A stretch of DNA of 64,000 nucleotides from Alphaproteobacteria bacterium (GCA_965237415.1 CBDEFM010000002.1:3776001-3840000), one strand, 5' to 3'; counted from the stretch's first letter, positions 33,059-43,445 are shown. A program made the numbers and translations. Notes: a model not told the origin generated them from the letters alone.

Positions 33059-33965
33059 GGACCTGAAACATCTCTGTCGGATCAACGTGTTTCAGAAGAT
33101 CGTCGAGACCGGCAACTTCACGCGTGCGGCCCAGGCGCTCAATCTCAGCAAGTCCGTGGTCAGCCAGCACGTCAGCGACCTCGAACGCGAACTGAACGTG
33201 CGCCTGCTGAACCGTTCGACCCGCTCGGTCGCGATCACCCACGAGGGCCATACACTCGCCGAAGCGGCCGAACGGATGATCGACATTGTCGGGACCGCGG
33301 TGGAACGGCTGGAAAGGCAGCAGGACCTGCCGTCGGGCATCATCCGGATGACGGCGTCCCAGAACCTCGCCGTGGTCTATCTCGCCGGCGCGGTCAAACG
33401 CTTCCGCGAGCGGCACCCCAAGGTCGATATCGAGCTCGATGTCCAGGACAGCATCACCAACATCATCGAGGGCGGCTACGATATCGCCTTCTGCATCGGC
33501 TGGCTGAAATCGACCGAGCTCCACGCCGTCAAGATCTGCGATTTCGAAATGATTCCCTGCGCGTCGCCGGCCTATGTCAAGAAGTTCGGGCCGATCGGCT
33601 CGCCGCTGGATCTGACCCACAAGCCGTGGATCACGCTCACCGTCATGCCGGACTTCGACCGGTTGACGCTGACCAACGCCGATCACGACGATGCCAGTGT
33701 CAAGGTCGATCCCTCGATCCGGACGAACTCGGGCATGACGGCCAAGCAGTTCGTTCTGGACGAGGCGGGCGCCGCGCTCCTGCCGGACTACGCGATCCGC
33801 GGCGAAATCGAAAGCGGGCGGATCGTTCGCTTGCTGCCCGGCTGGCGGCACCGGCCCGGTGCCATCGCTGCAACCTACGTGCACCGGCGCCATATGCCGC
33901 CGAGGCTGCGTGCCTTCCTCGATTTCCTCAAGGAAGACGCGAAATCCACCTTCAATCCGCGTTAA
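33057..33965 (+). CDS. LysR regulator (CrgA/DmlR-like)
   Basis: GNFTRAAQAL.LSKS.VS HTH, LLNRSTR, IIEGGYDIA. Confidence 0.93.
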   Translation: MDLKHLCRINVFQKIVETGNFTRAAQALNLSKSVVSQHVSDLERELNVRLLNRSTRSVAITHEGHTLAEAAERMIDIVGTAVERLERQQDLPSGIIRMTASQNLAVVYLAGAVKRFRERHPKVDIELDVQDSITNIIEGGYDIAFCIGWLKSTELHAVKICDFEMIPCASPAYVKKFGPIGSPLDLTHKPWITLTVMPDFDRLTLTNADHDDASVKVDPSIRTNSGMTAKQFVLDEAGAALLPDYAIRGEIESGRIVRLLPGWRHRPGAIAATYVHRRHMPPRLRAFLDFLKEDAKSTFNPR

Positions 33966-33992
33966 GCAGAGTTCGCCGGGCGTCGCCTCGCC

Positions 33993-35222
33993 CTATTCGG
34001 CCGCAGCCGAGTAGGCCCTCAATGCCGGGTCGGTTTCGCCGCCGATCGTGCCGTTCTTGTTCAGCTCGACGATTTCCGCTTCGCTCAGGCCAATTTCGGA
34101 CAGGATTTCCGAGCAATGTTCGCCGAGTTGCGGAGCGCCGGCTCGATGGGTCGCCGGCGAGCCCTCGAACCGGGCGGCATTGCGCGTCTGGCGGAGCCTC
34201 CCGGCGGCCGGATGGTCGGTTTCGACCAGGACTTGGTTTGCGACGACCTGCGGATGGTCGATCACGCCGTTCCGGTTGAGCGCCGGCGCACAGGGCACGC
34301 CGCAGGCTTCGAGGATCGCCATCCATTCGTCAGTGGTGCGCTCCAGCAGCACCTGCTGGGTCAATTCGAGCCGCTCGTCCACATGCGCGTCGCGCGCCGC
34401 AGGCGTCGTGAAACGGTCGTCCTCGAACCATTCCTCCCGTTCCAACGCCTTGCAGAGGCCCTGCCATTCCCTGTCGGACATGATGGCGACCGTCATGTAG
34501 CCGTCCTTCATCCGGTAGATCAGGTCGATGAAGCTGGCCGCCGCCTGATCGGAGACGTCTGCGTCGGGATAGGTCTGAGCGCCGAAGTCCGAGGCCCAGA
34601 GGAACTGCAGGATCGCGTCCAGCATGGACAGGCGGACATGCTGGCCCTGGCCCGTGCGTTCGCGCCGAAACAGGGCAGCGCCGATGGCCTGCGAGGCGGC
34701 CATGGCGGAAAACTTGTCGGGCAGGACGGTGCGCACCAGGCGCGGGCGTTCGTCGTCGGAGCCGGCCTGGATCGTGGTCAGGCCGGAAAGCGCCTGGATC
34801 ACGGGGTCGTAGACGGGCTTGTGGACCCACGGCCCCTTTTCGCCGAAGCCGGACAGCGACATGTAGACGATCCGCGGATTGACCTTCGCGACATCCTCGT
34901 AGCCGACGCCCAGTCTGTCGACCACGCCGGGGCGGAAATTCTGGACGAAGACATCGGCCGTCTCCGCGATCCTGAGCAGGAGATCGCGGCCTTGCGCCTT
35001 CTTGAGGTCCAGCGTGATCGAGCGCTTGCTCCGGTTGATGTTCAGGAACATCGACGACATTCCGCCGCGGCGGTTGCCGAGCGAGCGCACGTGATCGCCC
35101 TTGCCCGGCACCTCGACCTTGATGACGTCAGCGCCCTGGTCGCCCAGGATCGAGGTCGCCCAGGGGCCGGAAAGCATGCTGGTCAGGTCGACGACTTTTA
35201 CGCCTTCGAACGGTCCGCTCAT
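33993..35222 (-). CDS. isoG: Family III CoA-transferase (CaiB/BaiF), IsoG-like by context
   Basis: GADVIKVE, NRSKRSITLDLK, QNFRPG and YDPVIQA motifs; next to the iso genes. Confidence 0.75.
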   Translation of the reverse strand: MSGPFEGVKVVDLTSMLSGPWATSILGDQGADVIKVEVPGKGDHVRSLGNRRGGMSSMFLNINRSKRSITLDLKKAQGRDLLLRIAETADVFVQNFRPGVVDRLGVGYEDVAKVNPRIVYMSLSGFGEKGPWVHKPVYDPVIQALSGLTTIQAGSDDERPRLVRTVLPDKFSAMAASQAIGAALFRRERTGQGQHVRLSMLDAILQFLWASDFGAQTYPDADVSDQAAASFIDLIYRMKDGYMTVAIMSDREWQGLCKALEREEWFEDDRFTTPAARDAHVDERLELTQQVLLERTTDEWMAILEACGVPCAPALNRNGVIDHPQVVANQVLVETDHPAAGRLRQTRNAARFEGSPATHRAGAPQLGEHCSEILSEIGLSEAEIVELNKNGTIGGETDPALRAYSAAAE

Positions 35223-35301
35223 CGGAATCCTCCCGCCAGGTTCATGCGGAAACGACGATAGATTCTCGTTCTGCACCCGCATACTGCCGTTTCCCGAACC
35301 G

Positions 35302-35324
35302 ATTGTCTGGATATTTCGAACAAT
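35302..35324. promoter_or_regulatory. Putative LysR operator 2
   Basis: ATTGTCTGGATATTTCGAACAAT: same 23-bp length and same right half as operator 1. Confidence 0.6.
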
Positions 35325-35433
35325 AGCGGCGGGCGATCCGGCGGGGGCGGCGACGCCGTGTGCTTACAATTGCCACACCTTGGGGCTACGTTCGCCGGAT
35401 GGCGCGGACGCCGCTACCGGAGGATACCGGCCC

Positions 35434-36147
35434 ATGATCGACGCCTATTACTGGCCGACGCCGAATGGATGGAAGATCTCCATCGCCCTGGAGGAAATGG
35501 ATCTCGACTACCGGATCGTCCCCGTCAACATCTATCGGGGCGAACAGTACGAACCCGGCTTCCTCGCCATCAGCCCGAACAATCGGATGCCTGCGATCGT
35601 CGATCATGATCCGTCGGACGGCGGCGGGGCGCTCGCGGTGTTCGAATCCGGCGCCATCCTGATCTACCTGACCGAAAAGACCGGCCGCTTCCTGCCGACG
35701 GATTTGCGCGGGCGCAAGACCGTGCTCGAATGGCTCTCTTGACAGCTGGGGGGCCTCGGCCCGATGATCGGCCAGGCCGGCCATTTCAAGCTCTATGCGC
35801 CGGAGCCCATTCCCTACGCCATCGAGCGCTATCGCAGCGAAATGCTGCGCCTGTACGGCGTGCTCGACCGAAGGCTCGAGGGCCGCGACTATATCGCCGA
35901 CGAGTATTCCATCGCCGACATGGCCTGCTGGCCCTGGGTCATCACCTACAAGGGGCAGAAGGTCGACCTCGACGCGTTCCCCAACGTGAAGCGCTGGTAC
36001 AAGGCGCTGCAGCAGCGGCCGGCGCTGCGGCGCGGCTATGACGCCGGCAAGGAACTCGGCAAGCTGAAGATGGAGTGGGACGAGGAAACCAAGCGGAACC
36101 TTCTGCCCGGCTACCGGCCGGAGGGGGCGCCGGGAAGCGCCGCCTGA
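35434..36147 (+). pseudogene. isoJ: YfcG/IsoJ-like glutathione S-transferase with an in-frame TGA at 35740-35742
   Basis: TPNGWK, SPNNRMPAI, FESGAIL, then EWLS*QLGG where Trp is expected, and YSIADMA. Confidence 0.72.
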
Positions 36148-36212
36148 ATCCCGTTATCCGAGCCGCCGCGATTGCCGGTCATATCGCCGGAGTGTTCGCC
36201 ACGGAGGTCGCG

Positions 36213-36461
36213 ATGTCGCTAGCCCCGCCCACTGCCGAGCGCTATTCCATCCTCACTTGCCCGACCTGCGGGCATGAGGCGCGAGAGGAAATGCCAACCG
36301 ACTCGTGCCTGTTCTTCCATGAGTGCGCGGGCTGCGGCGTGCGGCTGAAGCCGCTTCCGGGCGATTGCTGCGTATTTTGCTCTTACGGTTCGGTGCCGTG
36401 CCCGCCGAAGCAGGCGGCCGGTCGTTCAGCGCCGAATATTGACCACAGCCACTCGGAATAG
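36213..36461 (+). CDS. GDCCVxC domain small Cys-rich protein
   Basis: TCPTCG...MPTDSC..FHEC..CG..LKP..GDCCVFCSYG. Confidence 0.88.
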   Translation: MSLAPPTAERYSILTCPTCGHEAREEMPTDSCLFFHECAGCGVRLKPLPGDCCVFCSYGSVPCPPKQAAGRSAPNIDHSHSE

Positions 36462-36544
36462 ATTGAGTTTATGGCACGCCGATCGGCGTCCGACACAGGC
36501 GTACGATTGCGCTGCTGACCGCCCTGCGGCGACTGCTTGCGCTA

Positions 36545-36671
36545 GTCACCTGAATCTGAAGTTCGCCACATAAAGACAACTATATTGCACGACCACATTC
36601 TTCGACAATAGAGCGACTTAGTGTGACGACACTGCCAATTGAAAATGATCTCAACTTCAGTGTCAGGTGAC
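36545..36671. mobile_element. 127-bp MITE (family A), copy 2
   Basis: Same length and TIRs as the 19103 copy; shares its right TA with IS630. Confidence 0.9.
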
Positions 36672-36673
36672 TA

Positions 36674-37726
36674 GAGCATATTCCGCTCACACACGGTCAT
36701 ATTCTGTAGCAACGAAGTGGTTTTCGCACTCGGCCGGGGTGAAGATGTCTGTGGCGTGGCCGATGGCCTCCCAGAGTTCTGTGACGGTGCGGGCGGCGCG
36801 GCGTTTGAGGTCGGCCTTGAACTTGGAGAAGGCCGTCTCCATCGGGTTGAAGTCGGGGCTGTAGGGCGGCAGGAAGCGCAGCTCGGCCCCGACCCGGTGA
36901 ATGTCCTCGCGGACGGCGGCGCTGCGGTGGGCGGCGAGATTATCCATCGCCACGATGTCGCCGGGCTCAAGCGTCGGCACCAGCACCTTCTCGACATAGG
37001 CGAGGAAGGCGGCGCCGTGCATGGCGCCGTCGAGCACCATGGGGGCGGTCATTCCGCTCAGTCTCAGTGCGCCGACGAAGGTCGTGGTCTTCCAGTAGCC
37101 GTGGGGGACCGGCGCCCGGCACCGATGTCCGCGCAGAGCCCGGCCGCAGCGCGTCGTGCCATCTTGGTGGAGGCGCCGGTCTCATCGACGAAGACGAGCC
37201 TGTCAGGGTCGAGAGCGGGCTGGGCTTCGAACCAGGCTCGCCGGCGCCGCAGCACATCAGGTCGCTGCTGCTCGCTGGCGTGCGTCGTTTTTTTGAAGGT
37301 GATCCCCCGGCGGTGGAAGAAGCGCCACACGGTGCTTTGGGAGACCCGCAGCCCGTGCCCGCTCTCCAGATGGGCCGCGATCTCCGCCAGGGTCATGTCC
37401 GGGGTCTCTTCGACCAGCGCCAGAACCACCTCGGCTCGTGCCTCGATCCGCTGCGAGCGCCTGTCTCCGCCTTGCGCTCTGGGCCGATAGCTGCCCGTCA
37501 GACGCCAGGCCCGAACCCACTTGATCGCCGTTGAGAGGGCGATCCCGAAGCGCTTGGCCGCTCCCCGCCGTGACATCCCACCATCCACCGCCGTCACCAC
37601 CCGGCGGCGCAGATCATCCGAAAGAGGTCGTGTCATGCAGGCTGGCCTCCTTCACCAGCCTGCATCTTGAATCACATCTCCAAGCGATTGAAAATTCTAA
37701 AGATTCTCTCAGCTCGAAAAATGCTC
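36674..37726 (-). mobile_element. IS630-family element, frameshifted transposase
   Basis: GAGCAT...ATGCTC ends with TA flanks; 2-bp insertion near 37150 relative to the intact copy. Confidence 0.92.
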
Positions 37727-37729
37727 TAG

Positions 37730-37980
37730 CCGAGAATTTTCTCACTATCCGTGGTCCAGCTTCCGGGAAGCAGGTCAGGATTGTTGGCCAAGCTGGGTGG
37801 CCGGCGGAACGCAGCGGAGCCGGGCGACCAGCTTGGCGGGACGATCGTCTCGGGAGCCGGCGGCCGGTATCCCAGGCTGCTGTAGTGGCGCCGCCAGGCT
37901 TCGATGAGAGCCTGCGCTTCCCTGAGGGTGTAGAAGATCTCGCCGTTGAGCAACTCGTCCCTAAGTTGCCGTTGACAGTC
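37730..37980 (-). mobile_element. IS3-family transposase C-terminal remnant
   Basis: LNGEIFYTLREAQALIEAWRRHY-SSLGYRPPAPE, with the usual N..RPH segment missing. Confidence 0.8.
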
Positions 37981-38072
37981 TGACCTCCGCTCTTGGAGTC
38001 GCTGATGCGTGGCTTGGTCAGGAGCGGGTTCTTGACTGACCGGCCCTCGATCGATGGCCGAGAGGCCGGACG

Positions 38073-41000
38073 CTACCCGGAGCGGCGTAGTGCGTCTGTC
38101 GCGGCCATGTCGAGTTCACCGTCCGCGCTGACGACGACCTTGTAGATCTCACGCGCAGCTTCGACGGAAGCCCACCCCTCGCGCACGTCCTTCGCCACCT
38201 TCTGGGGCGGGCGCTCGAGCGGCGAACCGTACCCGCCACCGCCGCAGGAATAGGACACGATGGTGTGGTCCGGGGGGATGATCGCCTGGGAGCAGGGATC
38301 TAGCTGGTGGAGATCGCCATTGGGAGCACGGCGGAACTGATTAGAGCGCGCGCCCGGCCCGCCGCCTCGGGCCCCTTCCGGAGCCGATATATTGCCATCG
38401 CTCACAAAGCCGACCTCGATGTCCGCTTCGGTGGGCCCGAACTCCGAATACATGCTTTCACCGCCTCGGGTGCGCCCGTAACCACCGCTGTCCGTCAAAT
38501 AGTGTCGGCCGACCACGAACAACGGAAAGCGCATCTCGTCGAGCTCCACGCTATCCTGATGGCAAGCGCCGCCATTGCCCATATGGCCGATGGAGATCCA
38601 AGCGTCGCAATGCGGTGCCGCCGCACCGCCGCCCCAGCCGAGAAAGATTTGGTTCACATACGGTCCGCGCGTTTTCTTGCTTACACCCGAAATGACGCCG
38701 AGCGAGGGTGGCTGGAGCGAGCCCGTGCTCGCCATGCCGAAGCCGTCGCCGAGCTTGGCGATCGCGCGCGATACGGCGTTGCCGACGCGGTCGGCGACAT
38801 TGGTCGTCGCCACCGAGCAGCTCGTCGGATGGACCGCGATGCCGGCGACGCAGCCCTCGCGCAAGTGCACTTTGATACGGCGGAACGAGCCCTCGTTGCA
38901 CGGCACTTGGTCCGGAATGCCGTTGAAGACGGCGAGCAGAGCGTTGCTCTCTGAGCACGCCCGACTCAGATTGAGCCCGCACGGATAGCTATCCGGGTTG
39001 TCGCGCAAATCCACCTCGATGATGCCGTCCTTGGTCCGCGTCTCGACCACGGCTTGCACCGGAATGCCCTCCTCGGCGTTGGGGAAGGGGTCGTGCCGGC
39101 TTTCGCAAGTCGCACGGCCCTCCGGCATCTTCCCAATCGCCTCGGCCATGAGCTGCTCGGAATAGTCCATCCACTGCGCCGAGAAGCTCTCAAGCGTGTC
39201 CCAGCCGACTTCCTTGCCGAGCGCCAGCATCTCGCGCTCGCCGATGCGGGCGGCGCCCAACATGGCGAGATAGTCGCCCCACCACTGGTTGGGCACGCGG
39301 ATGCGCAGCCGGCACATGCGGATGATGTCGTCGATGTCCTTGTAGTCGCGCTGAATTTGGACCGCAGGAAAGATCAGCGCTCCCTCTTGATACACATCGC
39401 GCGCGCTACCGTGATAGGTCGTCGGAATCGAGTTGCCGCAATCGGCCTGATGCGCCTTGGCTACCATGGTGAAGCGGTGGATGCCGTCGTCGTCGATCAC
39501 GGGGACCAGGATCGTGTGGTCGGCGGGGTGTGTGTTGCCGTGATAGGGCGAGTTGTGCAGGAATGCGTCGCCGCGTGTGACCTCGGGGTGGAACTCCTTC
39601 ATGGAAGCGCACATTAGGTCGGCGCCGCGCAGCACATGAACGGGCAGACTTTCCGAGGCGCAGAGCAGCTGGTGCTCAGCCGTCACGATACAGCACGAGA
39701 AATCGCGCGCGCTGTTCAGCACGCCGGATCGTCCGGTGCGCAGCAGCGTGTTGGCCATCTTGGCCGAAATGGCCTCCAGGCGTTTGTTGAGTATGGCCAA
39801 TTGCACGCCATCGAGGCTTCCCGGCGTCGAGGCCTCCTTGGCAGCCGGGGCGGGGGGCGTGATCATCAGGCTGCCCGAAGCGCGCCTCTCCACCGCAGCG
39901 CCCGGCTCGACCACCACGGTGGTGAAGGACGATTCGATGATCGCCGGTCCCTCTACTATGAGGCCCCGGTCGATCGCCTCGAGGCGGACAACCTTCGCCT
40001 CGACCATGCCGACATCCGGCAAATAGACCGTCCTGCGCGCGGATGAGTGGAAGTCGCCGGTGTCTTCGACCAGCCGCCTGTCCGTGCCCTCGCGGAGTGT
40101 GCAGCGCACATTCGCGCGCCAGCCGACAATCTCGATCTCCGAATCCGTGTCTGCGATGGCGAAGATGTCTTCGTGGACCTTGTGGAAATCGGCGCGCAGG
40201 GCCGCCACGTCGGCGTCCGATGTAAATCGATTGGAACGGAGCGGTACTTCTACCTCCCAAATCTGGCTCGGATAGCGTGCTTCGGCTGTGAACTCCACAA
40301 CCTGTTCCAATGACCCTGCGCCCGGGCCCGCGATGAACGTACGGCACTGGTCCTCGATCTGGGCGAGGACGTCGTTGACACCTTCGAAGTCGAACGCGCC
40401 AGTGTCGGTATAGAGTGTCAGGCTGAACTCGGCGCGCAAATCCGAGATCAGCGCGCCGACCGCGCTCAGCGCCGCCGCAACATCGGGCAGCACGACCTGG
40501 CGACAGCCAAGCCGCTGGGCGATTTGCACGATGTTGAGGCCGGCCGCGCCACCCCCGCCGATCAGGGTGGCGCTCCGTGGGTCGATGCCCTGATTAACCG
40601 TGATGTCCTCAATGGCGCGCACCATGTTCTCGGTCGCAATGTTCATAATCGCCGAGGCGGCAGTGTGGAGGTCGAGCCCCAGCTTGTCGCCCACATCATC
40701 CGCGATGGCGCGCGCCGCCGCCTCGACATCGAGCTTCATCGCGCCGCCCAAGAAGTAGTCAGGGTCGATCCAGCCGAGCACGACGGCGGCGTCTGTCACG
40801 GTGGGCTCGTTTCCACCCTTGCCGTAGCAAACCGGCCCCGGCACGGCGCCCGCACTCCGCGGTCCAACGTGCAAGAGCCCCCCTTGATCGACCCAAGCGA
40901 TGCTGCCGCCGCCCGCACCGATACTCTTGACGTCGACTGCGGGAAAGCCGGTCATGTGGCCGAGCAGTCTCGGCCCGATCCAAGTCTCGCGAGTCCAGGG

Positions 41001-41912
41001 AATTCGTCCGCCACGCACGAGGCTCACGTCAAACGTTGTTCCGCCCGTGTCCGCGACGATTACCATATCCGTGCCGGCATCGGCTCGGGCGTAGGCACGG
41101 CCCGCGATGGGCGCCATAGCCGGTCCGGAATTGATCGAATGGATCGGAGCGTCTGCCATGTCCTTGGCATCTAAGGCGCCGCCCTGGGTGGTCACGACCA
41201 GCACGCGGCCCCGGAAGCCCGACTCGCGCAGACGCTCGTCGAGGCTGCCGAGGTATCTTCCCATCAGCGGCTTGAGCGAGGCGTCGATGCAGGTCGAGGA
41301 TGCTCGGCGGTACTCTCGCAGCGACGGGTTGAGGCGATGGGACAGCGTGTAGGGGATACCCGGAAGATGCGTGTCCAGAAGCTCCCCGACACGAACCTCG
41401 TGGATCGGATTGACGATTGACCAGAGCAAGCAGACGCCGATCGCCTCGATGCTCTTCTCCTTGAGCTTCGCGATGGTGTCGAGCAGCGCTCCTTCGTCGA
41501 GCGGCTCACGAATCGATCCGTCATCAGTGATCCGCCCGGTGACCTCGAAAGTGAGCGAGCGCGGCACGTAAGGCTCGGGATAGGGCTTGAAGTTGAAGAA
41601 GTCGGTGCGGCTGCCCTCGCGAATCACCAGAATATCGGGATGGCCCTTGGTGGTCAGGAACGCCGTCTTGGCAGTCCTGCCGGTGATAATCGCGTTGATC
41701 GCGTGCGTGGTACCATGAATTAGCATTTCCCCGCGTGCGAGCAACTCGTTGCGCGTCAGGCCGGCATCCCGGGCCGCCAAGTCGAAGGCTGCGAGCACCC
41801 CGCCGATCGGATCATCCGGAGTGGTCGCAGCCTTGTACATGCGAAGCGTGCCGGAGCTGTCCTCCGTGACGAGGTCGGTGAAGGTGCCCCCGGTATCCAC
41901 AGCGAATCGCAT
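38073..41912 (-). CDS. Fused hydantoinase A+B / 5-oxoprolinase-like ATP-dependent lactamase
   Basis: VDTGGTFTD, SGPA, DTGGTTFD and GAGGGS, then HNSPYHGNTHPAD, HQADCG and GGGGYG. Confidence 0.92.
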   Translation of the reverse strand: MRFAVDTGGTFTDLVTEDSSGTLRMYKAATTPDDPIGGVLAAFDLAARDAGLTRNELLARGEMLIHGTTHAINAIITGRTAKTAFLTTKGHPDILVIREGSRTDFFNFKPYPEPYVPRSLTFEVTGRITDDGSIREPLDEGALLDTIAKLKEKSIEAIGVCLLWSIVNPIHEVRVGELLDTHLPGIPYTLSHRLNPSLREYRRASSTCIDASLKPLMGRYLGSLDERLRESGFRGRVLVVTTQGGALDAKDMADAPIHSINSGPAMAPIAGRAYARADAGTDMVIVADTGGTTFDVSLVRGGRIPWTRETWIGPRLLGHMTGFPAVDVKSIGAGGGSIAWVDQGGLLHVGPRSAGAVPGPVCYGKGGNEPTVTDAAVVLGWIDPDYFLGGAMKLDVEAAARAIADDVGDKLGLDLHTAASAIMNIATENMVRAIEDITVNQGIDPRSATLIGGGGAAGLNIVQIAQRLGCRQVVLPDVAAALSAVGALISDLRAEFSLTLYTDTGAFDFEGVNDVLAQIEDQCRTFIAGPGAGSLEQVVEFTAEARYPSQIWEVEVPLRSNRFTSDADVAALRADFHKVHEDIFAIADTDSEIEIVGWRANVRCTLREGTDRRLVEDTGDFHSSARRTVYLPDVGMVEAKVVRLEAIDRGLIVEGPAIIESSFTTVVVEPGAAVERRASGSLMITPPAPAAKEASTPGSLDGVQLAILNKRLEAISAKMANTLLRTGRSGVLNSARDFSCCIVTAEHQLLCASESLPVHVLRGADLMCASMKEFHPEVTRGDAFLHNSPYHGNTHPADHTILVPVIDDDGIHRFTMVAKAHQADCGNSIPTTYHGSARDVYQEGALIFPAVQIQRDYKDIDDIIRMCRLRIRVPNQWWGDYLAMLGAARIGEREMLALGKEVGWDTLESFSAQWMDYSEQLMAEAIGKMPEGRATCESRHDPFPNAEEGIPVQAVVETRTKDGIIEVDLRDNPDSYPCGLNLSRACSESNALLAVFNGIPDQVPCNEGSFRRIKVHLREGCVAGIAVHPTSCSVATTNVADRVGNAVSRAIAKLGDGFGMASTGSLQPPSLGVISGVSKKTRGPYVNQIFLGWGGGAAAPHCDAWISIGHMGNGGACHQDSVELDEMRFPLFVVGRHYLTDSGGYGRTRGGESMYSEFGPTEADIEVGFVSDGNISAPEGARGGGPGARSNQFRRAPNGDLHQLDPCSQAIIPPDHTIVSYSCGGGGYGSPLERPPQKVAKDVREGWASVEAAREIYKVVVSADGELDMAATDALRRSG

Positions 41913-42064
41913 GCTTCCTCCCCTCCCTTGCTTCTACCCAGGACGGCGCGCCGTCCTGAAGCTCGGCGCGGCTGTGTCGGCCTCGGCCCTGCCGTCGGCA
42001 TGTGTCAAGGCGAACAGACACCAATCCCGTGGTACCATATCTGGATGGGACAAGGGAGGTCATC

Positions 42065-43273
42065 ATGAAAAATGGCAAGCATCACTATTTCCATCTTTCG
42101 CGCCGCAATTTCATCAAGTGCGCGGCGAGCGGCGCGGTCATCGCGGGCGCGCCGCCGGTCCTCGCGGGGCTGACCCGAATCCGCAGGGCCGAGGCCCGAG
42201 ACGACACGATCCGGCTTCTCATCACCGCCCCCACCATCATCCCCGGCGACTGGACAATCTTCGAGAAGGAAACCGGGTTCAAATTGGAATACACGATCAT
42301 CAAAGACGTTCCCGCCATTTTTGTGACCGAAGTCATGGTGAACGATGCCGGTGACCGGTTCGACATCATGTGCGCGCCGTCCGGCGTCGAGAAGGCCTTG
42401 ATCGACGGCGAAGCGCTCGCGCAGATCGACACCAGCCTGATCCCGAACTGGGGCGGCATGACGGACGGGCTCAAGGAAGCTCCCTTACTGGTGCGCGACC
42501 TGAAGCCCGAAGCCGGCAGGGTATGGGGCGTGCCGCTGATAATGAACGCCGACAGCTTCGGCTACTTTCCGGAAAAGCTGAACGAGCCGCGCCCGCCGGA
42601 GGAGGTCTCCTGGTCGCTGGTCTTCGACAGCGAGAAGACCATGGGCAAGTCGTCGATTGGCGACAACTACCTCTATCTCCAGGAGGCGGTCGCCTACCTC
42701 GCAACCACCGGACAGCTCGACGTGAAGGACATCGGGAATCCCTCGCCGAAGGAGGCGGAGGCGGCCGCGGACTTCCTGATCGAGCGCAAGAAGGCTGGCC
42801 AGTTCCGCAACTTTTGGAGTTCCTTCGACGACCAACTGGCGGATGTCGTGAACGGCGAGGTTCTCGCGTTATCGTGCTGGGAACCGGTCGTGAAGGAGGC
42901 GCAAAGGGCTGGGCTCGATTTCGAGTACGCCAACGGCAAGGAGTTCCTGCTGAAGTGGATGCAGGCTTGCTACATCCCGACGCAGGTGGCAGACCGCGGC
43001 AATCTCGAGCAGGTGAACAAGGCGCTCAACTGGATCCTGAGTGGCAGCTATTCCGCCGGCATCACGCCGCTCCGGGGCTACGTGTCGGCCCGACCCGATC
43101 TCGGCATGGAATATGCCGCTGAGCATAATCTTGGCGATTCGGTGACTCAGGCGATCGGCGTGGCGCAGGACAAGATCAACTTCAAGTTCAACAAGGAACA
43201 TTATTGGCTCAATTCGGTGACTGACCACGTAGAGGAGATGCAGGCGCAGATGGGCCGCGTGCTCAACGCTTGA
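42065..43273 (+). CDS. Tat-exported solute-binding protein, paralog 2
   Basis: SRRNFIK signal; colinear with the 2717 protein. Confidence 0.8.
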   Translation: MKNGKHHYFHLSRRNFIKCAASGAVIAGAPPVLAGLTRIRRAEARDDTIRLLITAPTIIPGDWTIFEKETGFKLEYTIIKDVPAIFVTEVMVNDAGDRFDIMCAPSGVEKALIDGEALAQIDTSLIPNWGGMTDGLKEAPLLVRDLKPEAGRVWGVPLIMNADSFGYFPEKLNEPRPPEEVSWSLVFDSEKTMGKSSIGDNYLYLQEAVAYLATTGQLDVKDIGNPSPKEAEAAADFLIERKKAGQFRNFWSSFDDQLADVVNGEVLALSCWEPVVKEAQRAGLDFEYANGKEFLLKWMQACYIPTQVADRGNLEQVNKALNWILSGSYSAGITPLRGYVSARPDLGMEYAAEHNLGDSVTQAIGVAQDKINFKFNKEHYWLNSVTDHVEEMQAQMGRVLNA

Positions 43274-43445
43274 ATTGTTTAACGACGGAGCAATAGTGCT
43301 CCGCGCGAAGCGGCCGAGTGATACGGTCGCGACGGCGAAAAGATACGCCGTCCATAGCCGCTTGTCGGGTTTGGCGAGGGACGGGGATGTACGGCGTGGA
43401 GCTCTGGGCAGTGGTACGGCTGACGGTCGTCCTATTGAGTGGTTA

